A stretch of 64,000 nt of DNA. Source: Camelus dromedarius. Its lineage: Eukaryota. A program made the position numbers and the translations under genes. The stretch is taken from positions 64,482,001 through 64,546,000 of the forward strand of contig NC_087436.1 of the NCBI RefSeq assembly GCF_036321535.1, written 5' to 3'. The notes under the pieces are model-generated. The model was not told where the DNA came from. It saw only the letters and a program-made list of their open reading frames with translations, and did no database searches. Positions within the stretch are counted from its first letter, which is position 1. Each line of letters begins with the position of its first letter. Positions 1-12,514 of this stretch are shown piece by piece.

Positions 1-226
1 CTTTAGCAGCAGTACTTTGCCATCTGTAAGATTTGTCCCCTTCTCCTTTGTTCACATCATTGAACAAGCCATACCAAGTTCACATTTGGAGCCATTTGCC
101 AGTGATTTTAAAAGCATGTCAGTGCCAACATTTATTGACCAGCAGTTATAACAAGACATTGAGATAAAACCTGATAATCCCTGAGTGAATGATACAGAGT
201 CCCCTGCCTTCAAGAATCCGTCAGTA

Positions 227-401
227 TAGTTGGCATTTGAACAACTTGAGGGTTAATCTGAATATCACTTATAGTTGGCCCTCTGTATGCACAGATTCAA
301 CCAACCACAAACCATATAATACTGTAGTACTTACTATTGAAAAATATCCATGTATAAGTGGACCTGCATCATTCAAACTCACGTTGTTCAAGGGTCAACT
401 G
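227..401 (-). mobile_element. Tigger2-derived MITE (MER8-like), internally deleted
   Basis: Terminal inverted repeats tagttggcatttgaacaac and gttgttcaagggtcaactg (consensus CAGTTGACCCTTGAACAAC). TA on the left flank, TG on the right. Confidence 0.75.
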
Positions 402-431
402 TGCTTCCAGAAGATAGAAGGTAAAAAAGCA

Positions 432-461
432 AAACAAAACAACAACAACAACAACAACAAA
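432..461. repeat. (AAC)n microsatellite
   Basis: aaacaaaacaacaacaacaacaacaacaa. Confidence 0.9.
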
Positions 462-515
462 AACCAAGGGCCGAGAGAATAATAAATGAGACGGTATGAG
501 TGGAATAAACTGGAA

Positions 516-793
516 TAGATATTGGCAAACTATGGCCAAAGGATAAACATCCAGTGCATCATTTTTTTACTGGCCCATAAGCCAAGAATATCTTTCACAT
601 TTTTAAAGAATTGTTTAAAAAGAGAAGAAGAAGAAGGAGAAGGAGGAGAAGGGAAAGGGAGAGGAAGAGGAAGAGGGTGGGGGAAGGCGAAAGGGAAGGG
701 GAAGAAGATAGCTATGTGACAAGGTTTGTATGTGGCACACAAAACCAAAATTATTTACTGTCTGGCCCTTTGCAGAAAGTTTGTCAATTCCCA
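516..793 (+). mobile_element. MER58-type hAT-Charlie element
   Basis: Starts ...ggcaaactatggcc, ends tttactgtctggccctttgcagaaagtttgtc. Flanked by an 8-bp TSD aactggaa (508-515) / aactagaa (794-801). Confidence 0.8.
621..708. repeat. purine-rich (GAA/GGA/GGGAA) low-complexity tract inside MER58
   Basis: agagaagaagaagaaggagaaggaggagaagggaaaggg... is almost pure purine. Confidence 0.9.
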
Positions 794-3499
794 AACTAGA
801 ACATTATGGAAACCTCTCCCCTATAACTATGTTAAAGTTATACACTTTTCAATATGGGGCTAGAAAATAAAGTAGTATTCATGAAGGAATATGTTAGAAC
901 CTAAAGACAGAGTTTGGATTAACTAGGGGATGAGGTATGAGGTTCTGAGCAGGCTACAGAGTGAGTAAAAGTTGAGAAATAAATATAGATGTGGAGTATA
1001 TAAAGTAAAATAAGTAAACCACTGTGAAGAATATGGTTAGCATATAGGATCAGTAAGATACAAAATTAGAAAAGAACATTATAAAAAACACATTCTTGGA
1101 AAATTATAGCAATGAACATAAAGACCTGAAATTTATTCAGATAAATTGGTATTAACATCCTAATTTTATCGAACACCAAAAGCTAAATGAGTAAAGATCT
1201 TATATCCACTTTTCAAGAGATTCAATTGACATGTATGTGATATATTTGGTGTGTATTTTCAAACTAAAGAATTCTGTAAATAATTTTGTTTTTTAATAGT
1301 TCTAGAAATCATATTTATATTATTAACCATGCTATTACTGAATACAAAATATTTTCCTCTCTTTGGCTAGTGAATCTAGTCCAAGTTGGTTGGGGTATTT
1401 GGAAGAGTTCTACAAAGTGCCCGAGTATGCAGTAGCTCCTCAGATTCCTTAAGCTCTTCCTCAGAATGTTTTCTTCTTTCCATACTGAATGTCACCATGG
1501 ATTTTGTTGTCCCATTCTCTTACACCACGTGATAATAAAAACTTAATTCTAAGAGTAATTCACAAGGTCCTAAGAGCTCTAGTGAAGACTGAACGAACAG
1601 TATTTAGTCAAAGTAACTTGACTTCTTTCAGCTTCTCTTGTTTTCTCATCAATAAAATTAGGATAACCATCCCTGCCCTTACAGTGTATACAATTGTGAC
1701 TCAAAAAGTATTGCATCACCTAATAATTTGTTTTTAATACTGTTAAGGGTTAAAAAGTAAACTGTGGTTTGAGGCTAATATCCTAATTCTCTGTTTTCAT
1801 TTTTCTTATCTGTAAAATATTGGCTGGAATTAAATATCTAAAAAAAAAAAAAAACTTTCAGCCCCTGAACCCTGGAAATATTAATTATAAGGTATTGACT
1901 AAATATTTGGAACTAGATCTAGATTCATTTTGAATGTCTTATTTTTGCAATATCCAGAGCTGGACCCATAGACTCTAGTCACAGGCATCAGTCAAAAATA
2001 CACTTCTCAGGAGCAAATGTATGACATTTTCCACATGAAACTTGATTGTAGTCAAACTGTTATGCCTTGTGTTTCTAACTTCAGCTTCTCGTAACAAAAC
2101 CCCCTCTTTTTGCCATTCATTGCTGTTGTCTATTTTTAATCTTTTTATACCCATTCCTTTGAAAGCATTTAAAAATAACATATTGTTGGTAAATAAGTTA
2201 ATGAAAATCACCAGTTGTAAGCTTCCCTGAGGCAGAGATCAGTTCCTCCTTTGTAACATATTTGTCATAGTACCATCAACTCCAGTTTCTTTGAGGATTA
2301 AAAAAAAATGATCCACTGGATGACTATTCACATAGTACCTGTTCAGTAACTGTTAGGTATTATGATTATTAATATTTGTCTCTGTATGTACAGCTCTAAG
2401 AGCTTTGCACATGACAAACGCATGCAGTAGATCTAATACATAAACATGTAATTCTAGTACACTCTGAGGGGACTCTGCCTGTGTTTTTTGTTTAGCAATT
2501 CTAAATGCCACATGGTTGTTACATGGTGGTGACAAATCATTATGACAAGGGTACATCTTAGATGAACCAAATGTAATGTTCACTTAAACTGTTATCAGTG
2601 ATAACTTTGAAAAATTATTATTTTTACTAGAAGCTATCACCAATAGATTCACAAAAAGAGGCAACTAATAGGACCATTTTCTTTTAAAAGGCTAAATTAA
2701 TAGTGTGAAAGATTTTCCAGATCTATCCATGGAATGGAAAGTTAATACAAAATAAAAGAGTCTCAGTTTCTGCAGCATCTACAGATACTGTATTTAAGTG
2801 CTTAAATTAGAATGTGGCTAGTGAGAGCATTTTATGAATTGTTGACATTTTCAGTCTACACGCTCCAGGATAAAATTCATTGGGAGGTGATAATTTTGGA
2901 AACGCATTATATAAAGCCGTTGTAAGACAAGGTGCTTGAGCAGCACTTTTATTCACTGATGCATGGGTATCATTTGAAAAACACAACTTAGAAGCTGAGC
3001 TGCAGAGATTATTCTTGTCTTTCATTACATAAAAGATTAGCACTTTATTTACTGAGCAAGACAGATGTCTGTCAGAATTTTTGATGTGCAGTATACCAAA
3101 AAATTAATGAACTTCATAGATCTTTTTATTTATATTTACTGAAGCGCTTCTGTATTTTCCTGGTAGATGTGAAATGGAGAAGAGAGAATTTTCTCTGCCT
3201 CAGAATAATAATTAATAGGACATAAAGTATTCAGCACCGGTTTGTTTCTGGCGATAAGAAATATCTTGTTTCCTTGGCCAAGAAATAAGGAGCCCATTTT
3301 TTTCTATTATTTTATCTTCTCTAGAGAGGTGCTTTGCACTGCTATTCTCATGGCTGATAGTCCTGAAAAGTATGACATTCAATCCCTTTCTTTGAAAATA
3401 CCACAGTTCAATTCATTATTGCATGGAGGCATAAGAAATATTAATTGAACTCTTTCTTTTTATGTGCTGGGCACTGAAGATGCACTCATGAATAAGATC

Positions 3500-3660
3500 A
3501 AAACTTGGATTTGAATTTCAGCTCTACCACTTACTAACCAAAAAAGTTAAGATAATGAGAACATCTGCCTCATAAGGTTGCTTGCGATGATTAAATTAGT
3601 ATTGTATACAAAACGTTAGTGCAATATGTGGCACATGGTGCATGCTTAATTAATGTTAGT
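3500..3660 (+). mobile_element. MIR fragment
   Basis: ggatttgaatttcagctctaccacttact...gcctcataaggttgcttgcgatgattaaat...ggcacatggt resembles the MIR consensus. Confidence 0.6.
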
Positions 3661-6600
3661 TTTTGTAACAGACACAGTGCCCTCCCTCAGGAAGATTCCA
3701 TTTATGCTGTTGATCTCCTCTAAAGTGCACTCGTACTTGGATCTGGTGACAGAACAGAAATGGAGAGCAAGAGCACAACAAACTGTGTTTGATTTTACAT
3801 GTTGTGAGAACCAGTGTATGCTATTACACAAATGACAGGACTCTGCCACCTGCCTGTGTTGACGCTGGTCAAATCCTTCAATCTTTTGAGTTTCAATTGA
3901 CTCATCTTTGATATGGCAGTAACTTGCACCATATCACAGTGTTGTTTGAAGAATTAAATCAAGTGATTTCATGTGAAAACATTTTGTTAAGTTTGAAAGT
4001 ACTATACAAATAGAAAGTATTATTGTGAACTTTTGGTTATCCACTTCTAGATAATTTTCTATGTAGATAATGCACTAGCAAATTTTCAGCTAAGACTGAT
4101 TTTTTTATATTACTTATTTGCCTTACTGCCAGCTCCTTAACTGCCCAGCTGGCCTGTGACAAGTATACCCAAATGTATTTTTATAGTCTAAGCCAAATGT
4201 AACCAAGAAAATAATTATCTTTAAAGTACTACTACATTTCAATGATAAAAATATTTGATTATAAGTTATTTAATATTTTATAACTATCTTATGCTCCCCA
4301 TAAGTGTCTTTTTATTTATATATTACAGAAATATAGAGGCATTATTGGATTATAACATTCTACTCATTTAGAACATTTAAATTGTAGATAGAAAATGTAT
4401 GATTTGCAGTTTAAAAGAAAAGAAAATTTAAGCTACATTAGAATTAGATACAATTTCATAGTTCTTAGTTATGGCAATTTAGTTCTAACAATTTTTGGCA
4501 GGCAACAATTTTATTTCTCTGTAATTTGCAGTGCAATTTGAAAAAGCTTGGCAATGCATGCGTATGCTCTCTCATCCATACCTTTTCTAATTAAAGAACA
4601 CAATTTAAAAGTGTTACATATGGTATGGATATGGATAGAACTAATAACATCTTATTTTTCTAAACAATAACATAACAGTATATTATGTCTATTTTATAAA
4701 CTGTTGGGGAATGAAAGGAAAATTTACTAGTCTTTTTTTTTTTTTTTCCTATTTCTTCCTTTTATACAGAATCAGTTACCCTTCGTTTGAATTTGTCATT
4801 TACTCTAACCACAGGATATAGCTTATGATGTTAAGTTTGACAAAGGACAACAAAGAAATCACTTTAAGGAAATATATAAACATATTTATGGAGGTTGAAT
4901 GGACAATAAAAGTAGTTTGGGGATTAAAAGTGAATAGAGAAAAGGAGAGAAACTAGTTCCAGAGAAGTTTGGAAATGAACAATGAGAGCTACAATGTCAG
5001 AGTTCAGGATATTGGACCAGACTAAAAGACAGGAGTCCCTGAGGAAGCCCTTGCAGAGTTGTCATCATACAATTCGTTTATTTATGACCTCATTACAGAG
5101 ATGTGAGAAGGGAGTATTTTTGGCCTATGTTTTTAGATTGTCACAGACTATTTTAAAGCAAAAAATTTTTCTTCCCAATATGCCCCCAAGACCATTCATA
5201 TGCTTTTTCTTCTTTTCCTTTTTTCCTCCAGTTTTACATTTAATGAGTTGGAGGTACAAACTGCTCATAATTTTTACTTTCCTCTCATCCCTTAAAATAT
5301 CCAGACATTATGCAGATAATTCATTGCACGTGTGATACTGGATAACAAATCCAGATTCTCTTTTGCCACTTTTTTTTTCTTTTTACCACATGTTTAAATT
5401 ATCTAGAAGCAGAATTAATCACCTTTATTTGGATTATGTATTAATTTAATAGTTGTTCATTGAGTATTATGTGCCAGGCACCATGAGGTTGTGAAGGATA
5501 CAAGGGTAAGCATGTTTTCTTACATCCATGCAATTTGTTTCCTTATTTGTATTTTTTTTTTCAGGTGAGGGAAGCTTCTAGAATTAGAATTAGATGATGG
5601 ACAGTGACTGGCTAATTCGGAATGTTACTAAGCTTATCAGTGACAAGTTATGTTTGCCTTGCCAGTTTTTGTTATGGGAATATAATTTGTGTGTGCTTCT
5701 TTCAATTTAAATTACAGGATTGTTTTACTTCAGTCTTGAAAATAGCGAATAAATGATGAATGAGCTACAGCCAGTCATGACATAGGCAAGACTGTAATAA
5801 TTTTCTCTAGTAGTAGAACTACCTAATAAATCTTAATTTTGAGTCACTGGCAGTAACAAAGCAGACATTCTTTCCCCATGCTAGTTTATGCCAATTTCTC
5901 TTAAATTAGACCAGGACCAGAGAATTAAATGTAAAATTTTACCTAATGACATTTGGGCAAACAGAGGTAAAAGATCTTTGAAAAATAAAACTGTTCATTA
6001 AATTGTAGGATAGTATTTATAGAATATCGTAAGTGCCTTATCAATACTTTTTACTGCATATACGATCTTCCTTATTAAGTATTTGTTGAAGAGAGAAATA
6101 CTAGTCACCAAGAAGTTGAGACAATTGTGCTTAAGAGTTAGACGAAGAATTTTATGTAGAACAAGACTAAAGTTGTGTGGGTACACTTTATGTTGTAGAA
6201 TAGAAATACCTTCGTGTTTAACTAAAAGGATATATATTTGAGCGATTTCAAGGAATGAAATTAGTTATAGAAATTCCCTTGTAGGTTAGTCCTTGAAAAA
6301 TACTAACTTTTATATAATATCCCACTCCCAACCTCCATCTTCATTGTAAAATGGGCTTCCAGTCCAAACTTTTGAGACTAATGGTTAAGTAATTTTTTAA
6401 AAGTCCTTAGTTATGCTTCTTCTAGTTGTCAGTCTGAACTCAGGCTTGTTAGTATTCTAGTCATAGCATGAAGTGCATCTCTTAGGTAAAGCTTTTCAAT
6501 GACCTATAATGAGGCATACAGCCAGTGATGACTGCAGTTACTTCATAAAGATTAATTGAGGATGATGGTAAATTATAAGTGTAAGAGTATATAGAGTTTT

Positions 6601-7993
6601 TAAAACAGTCCTAGAAACCCTGTTAAAAATAAGATTTGTAAATTAATGAGATAAGCAATCTAAAAGAGATAACCCCACTTGCAACTTCCTAAGCATAACT
6701 TTTTATATATACCAGTTTTGTCTCTTTTGAGCTTTCAGAAAAGTCAGTGGAGACAAGTGAGTGTGATATTGACAATAATTGAAGACATGGGCTTAAATTA
6801 AAGCACAAAAATCTCACCCAAATGTAATTATCCCAAACGACATTATATTACTTATTGTACATGTAGTAGCTCAACTTATCCCTTCCACTGAAATTATCTT
6901 AGATTTATATCACTTGCAATCTGTGATTTTTTTAAGTTTGTGTTATGAACCCATTCTTCCCTGACTTTTCTGCCCTTTTTTCCCCCTAATGATCCCTTTT
7001 ATCTTGTGATCTAGGCAAATTTTCTCTAATGAGATAAATGTTTATAAGAAAAAGAAGAGCCTGCTTGATGAGTTTCATGCGCGTGTTACAGTTTCCAAGA
7101 ATTTTCCCTGATATGTATTGATCAGTACCTTAAAAAAAAAATGAAATCTAACTTGAGACATACATAACCATAACGGTTTTGAGGATTTCAATATATTCTT
7201 CTAAGAGTTTGCTGAAAGACTCAGTTAAGAATTTCAGAAAAGGCCAGGGCAGGTGGCTTATTATTTATATCAACTTTCAGATACAGATTTTTCTGAAAGA
7301 CAGTATTTTTCCACAATTATATAAAATACTGATGAGTGGGAGGAAAAGGAGTTTCTTCAATAAGGATTCTAAACCCATTTATTCAGGTTGAGAGCATCCC
7401 TGTTAACGTGCCATCTCATGAGGTGCATTTCTCATAAGACTGACAAGCTATAGAAAATCTTAGACCTTAGGAAATTAGTTTCAGAGCAGTTTCTTCTGAA
7501 AAGATCAATCTTGAGTTGGGTAAAAAGCCAGACTATTATATTAAATAGCGGTATAAACTACAATATTTAATAAATGAAACTATCCAAACTATTTGAAAGC
7601 TTTCTGTGTATAAGTACCAACCTGTCTTCAAATGGAAAATACTGATGCTCTTATTATGAATATTGTGTTTCCTATGTTTATAGTTTGGAATGGTATGTTT
7701 ATTCAGTCTTGACTTGATTAACTTTTGCCTTGTTTTTCCAAGTTTGTACTGTATTTTTAAGCATATAATGTGATTACTTCTTAAAAATAATTTCATAGAG
7801 AAATGAGGTTTTTAAAAAATAATTTTGTAGAGGAATAAGGTTTTTAAAAACACAATGTTCAATAAAGCAAGTATGAGTGAAATAAATTATTTACTTTCAG
7901 TTTGGAAGAGGTGAATAAAAGTGCTTGGCCAATATCGTACCATTAATCTATTCTCTTTTCTCCTTTCTCTCTTTACTTCTCTCTCTCCAATAG

Positions 7994-8008
7994 AAGTGGA
8001 ACAAAAAG
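7994..8008 (+). CDS. ADGRL3: ADGRL3 15-nt micro-exon (K-V-E-Q-K insert between lectin and olfactomedin domains, latrophilin splice site A)
   Basis: Long CT-rich tract ending ...ctccaaTAG (7991-7993), exon AAGTGGAACAAAAAG, donor GTAATT at 8009. Reads (A)AA GTG GAA CAA AAA G, joining TT TTT CTT TGC CCT of the next exon to give the latrophilin sequence KVEQKVFLCPG. Confidence 0.95.
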
Positions 8009-8930
8009 GTAATTAAATACCTTTCATAAATTATATACTATTTATAGGCTAAGTTACTTAACAGTTTAACATTTAGTTAAAATAATTTTGTTATTAATTC
8101 ATATCTATTTTATGAAAATTTATTTACTACTTCTGCTGCTCAACTTCACTTTAATCTGTTGTACTGACCAGTGCTGGTTTGAATTTTTTAATCCTAAAAC
8201 AGTTTAATAGTGTAAAATTTTCAACCGTGCATTTTATTCGTCTTTATTTTTAAGTAGTTAGAAATCCAGTAGATGGTGATGGATAGTGACTGCTTTAGAT
8301 TTGTTTTTATTTCCATACTGGATAGTTTTCCATTGTTTTGGTGTGGTTCCCCTGTTCCTTTAATTTTTAGCTATTGGGGGGAAAGGGGAAATGGTTTTCT
8401 GAAATACCTTAAAATAAATTGCTTTAGTAACCAAAGGGTGATTATTAACCAACAAAACGTTTATATACTGTTTTGATGATAATACTTACCCATTCTTTAT
8501 AATTATAGACATTATATTCGAATCCTGAGAAATTATTCTAATAATCAATTTTATTATTGAGTAAAAATTGATGATGGCCCTCTATCCTTGCTATGGAAGA
8601 TTTTGATAGTCAGGTTTTCCCCTAAACTTTTCATTTTCCTAAAGTAAAACTTGGGGCATTTTCACAATGTATTTTCCTTTTTAATAACCTGAAAATCCTA
8701 GCTGAGTTTTATCTTAGATTGTTTTCCACTGGATGTAGGCTTATAATTGCTGTTAAAGAGTTAAGCACTAATATCAAGAGAATAATAATATAATCATTAA
8801 AGTACGGGTCAACATCCACATTTCTTGTGATTTCTTAATTTCTCCTCCCAGTACACTTCTAATAATTTAAAACATAACGGTGGACTGCATGATTATCTTT
8901 CAGTGTGTGTGCTCTGCAAAAAAATTAGAG

Positions 8931-9206
8931 CAGTGTTTCCCATAGCAGGTTCAGCAGAACACTACACTGCAGACAGGCTCTGTAGAAAGGGTTCCAGGAT
9001 CAAATTCATTTGTGTAATTTGCTCACTCTTCCACTTCTGCCTTGGAGATCACTAATGCACCTAAGATATTTGAATCTCTGCCACAATTATGTGTAATATG
9101 ATATTTCTTAAACACATATGGCTAGGGATCTCTGTTTTTTTCTGTGTGACACATAGCTATACCACTTACAACAGGTGCTTCAAGAACCTCCCTGTGGGAA
9201 ACATTG
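8931..9206. mobile_element. hAT-Charlie non-autonomous element (MER5-related TIRs)
   Basis: TIRs cagtgtttccca (8931-8942) and tgggaaacattg (9195-9206) match at 11/12 positions. The degenerate 8-bp flanks are aattagag / ctttatag. Confidence 0.6.
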
Positions 9207-10137
9207 CTTTATAGCCCCTTCATTACAGATGAATCAGCCAAGCTTTCTTACCACCACTCCCATGATGTGCTACTGAATCATACTAAAACTCGAGTGAATC
9301 AGATAATTCCTACCCATTTTCAGTCTGAAGTATGAGCAGCAAAATATTGTAGCAAGTAATCTTGTTTTTTAATGTTCTTCTCATGTAACAGTAAAAGGTA
9401 CATGTTTTTAAGTTCCAATACTACTGTATTTAACAGGACATTTTTAACTGATTAAAATCTAGATCTTGGGTTCTTCTCTGTAACCTTTCACCTTTTCTTC
9501 TTTCCTTATTCCTTCTTTCCTTTCCTTTTCTTCCTTTCTCTTTTTCCTTCCAGTATCCATCCATCACTCATTTTTAATTGTGTGGGTTGCATGCTCTGTG
9601 TGTGCTATAGCAGCTTTAAGAGCTTTTTTTTTTTTCCTAGAAGATTCAGTGGCCTGATTTACAGGGCTTTTTCTTTTCCCTTATTATATATTTGAATTTG
9701 TATTAGATTTTCATTTGTTTCTTAATAAGTGTAGAACAGTTAATAGCACCAGAGTGAAAACAATATTTTTTAAATTTCCAAATAAGGTATATAAAACCAT
9801 CACATATAAAAATTTATATTTGTTATATGTCTGTAGAATGCATAGACATGTCACATCTATATACATAGTATATCCAAAAACATTGTAACACATTTGCAAA
9901 GGTAAAAAATCGAAAGAAAGCACAGCTACTCATAAAAAGATCGGATTTTTTCAGCAAATGAGATCAAAATGATTCTGAACAAATGTCAATGTGGAAGACT
10001 GTTCTCAGAAGAATGAAGGAAAATAATTAAGTGGTTGTGGATATTCCTTGTTAGATTTACATTCTAGTTGGTGAAAAATAAGAATATATGACAAAATATT
10101 AATATATTTATTATTTTAACTCTTTCCCTTCTGACAG

Positions 10138-10938
10138 TTTTTCTTTGCCCTGGACTACTAAAAGGAGTATACCAGAGTGAACATTTGTTTGAGTCCGACC
10201 ACCAATCTGGGGCATGGTGCAAAGACCCTCTTCAGGCTTCTGACAAGATTTATTATATGCCCTGGACCCCCTACAGAACTGATACCCTGACCGAATACTC
10301 ATCCAAGGATGACTTCATTGCTGGAAGGCCAACTACAACCTACAAGCTCCCTCACAGGGTGGATGGCACAGGATTTGTAGTGTATGATGGAGCTCTGTTC
10401 TTCAATAAAGAGCGCACCAGGAACATAGTAAAGTTTGATTTACGGACTAGGATAAAGAGTGGAGAGGCTATCATAGCAAATGCCAATTACCATGATACCT
10501 CCCCTTACCGTTGGGGAGGCAAATCTGACATAGACCTGGCAGTGGATGAGAATGGGCTATGGGTAATCTATGCAACAGAACAAAACAATGGTAAAATTGT
10601 CATTAGTCAATTGAACCCTTACACCCTACGGATTGAAGGGACATGGGATACTGCATATGATAAAAGGTCAGCTTCCAACGCATTTATGATTTGTGGAATT
10701 CTGTATGTGGTCAAATCTGTATATGAGGATGATGACAATGAGGCTACGGGAAATAAGATTGACTACATATACAACACCGACCAAAGTAAGGATAGTTTGG
10801 TGGATGTACCCTTTCCCAATTCATACCAGTACATAGCAGCTGTGGATTACAACCCCAGGGACAACCTTCTTTACGTATGGAATAACTATCACGTCGTGAA
10901 ATATTCTTTGGATTTTGGACCTCTGGATGGTAGATCAG
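10138..10938 (+). CDS. ADGRL3: ADGRL3 olfactomedin-domain exon (801 nt)
   Basis: Acceptor tctttcccttctgacAG (AG 10136-10137), donor TCAG|GTAAGT (GT 10939-10940). Translation (V)[48 protein letters not shown]...[17 protein letters not shown]...[32 protein letters not shown](G) matches the latrophilin-3 OLF domain. It is in frame with ORF 10185..10988. Confidence 0.98.
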
Positions 10939-12039
10939 GTAAGTTTGACTTGATGTACTTTCAGGGGAAATCAGTTTGTTCTCAGTAAGCTTACTGGATA
11001 TTTCGATTAGACATCCTTTTGTGATCTTTCTTCTGGTCTCCATATCAAAAATTATGCATTGACTTTTCATCTGCACAAATACTACTGTTGATTACTTTCA
11101 ACTGTAAAAATGTATAGGCATAAGAAACTGACTCTTTCTCCCCTGTGCAGCTAGTCTGTAATCGTCAGCCCTTTTTTGAAGGGCATTTTCATTATCAACT
11201 GGTTAGTTCGTTGTGTAGTGAAGTAAACAAAACCTTTGCAAAAATAGAATGCCATCCCATCTAATTAATTGTGGCATGCCCTGAGACATGCTCTTGACTT
11301 GAAAATGTCAAATGGTTGGCTTGATATAATGCTTCAGGAACCCTACACCAACATATTCCACTCACAGAGAGCATCATATATGACCACCTCTACTGCAAAT
11401 ATTGTCAGCTTGAGTGTACATATGTCTGAGTGTATCTAATAGATGTATACATAAAATGTTCATAACTGATAAAGAGAAAAAATAGAGCTCAATTTTATAA
11501 GAAACAGCAATGAAAAATACAGCTTTAAATACATTCGAGATGTTTTAATTCCCATTCTTTAAAAGTTTATTTTTCCTCTCTAGGACATACTGTTTGCTTT
11601 TAATGTTGTTTAAAGACAGTCAAATTGCTTTATCTTTTACAATTTTATTTACACAATTGAGCAGAATTATCTTAGTTTAGAAGTTAAATTATTTTAAGTA
11701 GCAGTAATATTGTTCCTCATGAAAAAGTATAATGGAAAAGTAAGATACAAGTGTCTTAATTTTGATAGTAACATAGGAATTCAAAGTTGACTTTTTTCCT
11801 TGAAGTTAATACTTCTTGTTTTTGGCATTACTTTTACTGTATTTTTACTAGCATGCCGTTCTGCTTACCAACATATTTCACTATATACGTATCTTCTTAT
11901 ACAACTAGATTCTAAGTGCAATGTAGCTAATAATCTTGCCTTACCCATCTTTTTGTTATTTTTCATCTGATTGTTATTTCTGCCTTCTTAAACACTAGTG
12001 TAATATATGGCATATAGAAAATAAAGGCTCAATAACTGT

Positions 12040-12081
12040 TGAATGAATGAATGAATGGATGGATGAATGAATGAATGAATG
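12040..12081. repeat. (TGAA/TGGA)n tetranucleotide repeat, probably an L2 3' tail
   Basis: tgaatgaatgaatgaatggatggatgaatgaatgaatgaatg preceded by ggctcaataactgt. Confidence 0.75.
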
Positions 12082-12514
12082 CTTTTCCACTTTTCACTGT
12101 GATAGAATGTCAAATTGGGTGGCATTTTTTTTCTAATCCCTGAGAGGCTTTTGTCAAAGTCACAGCAATTATTTTCATGGCCAGCAATGCTGATATTATG
12201 TTGAATTGCTTTTGTGGAAGGAGAAGCCTAAATATGCAACAGCAGCAAAAACAACTTCTCCTTAATAAGCCTTCAAAAATCTCCTAGACCAAGTGCAGTA
12301 TCTGGCTCACCTCTGTACAGGTAAGGTTTCTCAATCCAGTACACCCTTCAGTTAAAACTCTAAGCAAGAGTAAATCATCTGGAGTATTTGGGGAACACAG
12401 TTCTTTCAGATCTGTGATATTGTTAAACCAAAATTCATATTTTGGTAGTGAAAATTCTATTGGTGAGTAGTTCTTAGCCTTTTTTGACTTTCAGTTGGAA
12501 CTGGAGTAATTTCT

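Noticed and set aside
522..799. Arg/Gly/Glu/Pro-rich short ORFs on both strands
   Set aside because: They are translations of the purine-rich low-complexity tract inside MER58.
8886..8891. RBFOX motif TGCATG downstream of the micro-exon
   Set aside because: It is about 880 nt away, and a hexamer at this density is expected by chance.
10185..10988. ORF taken as a stand-alone 267-aa olfactomedin gene
   Set aside because: It starts at an internal TTG and runs past a consensus donor. It is an internal exon (10138-10938) of ADGRL3.
10111..11076. Minus-strand ORFs (63 and 110 aa) overlapping the OLF exon
   Set aside because: Antisense shadows of the real coding exon with no recognisable protein features.
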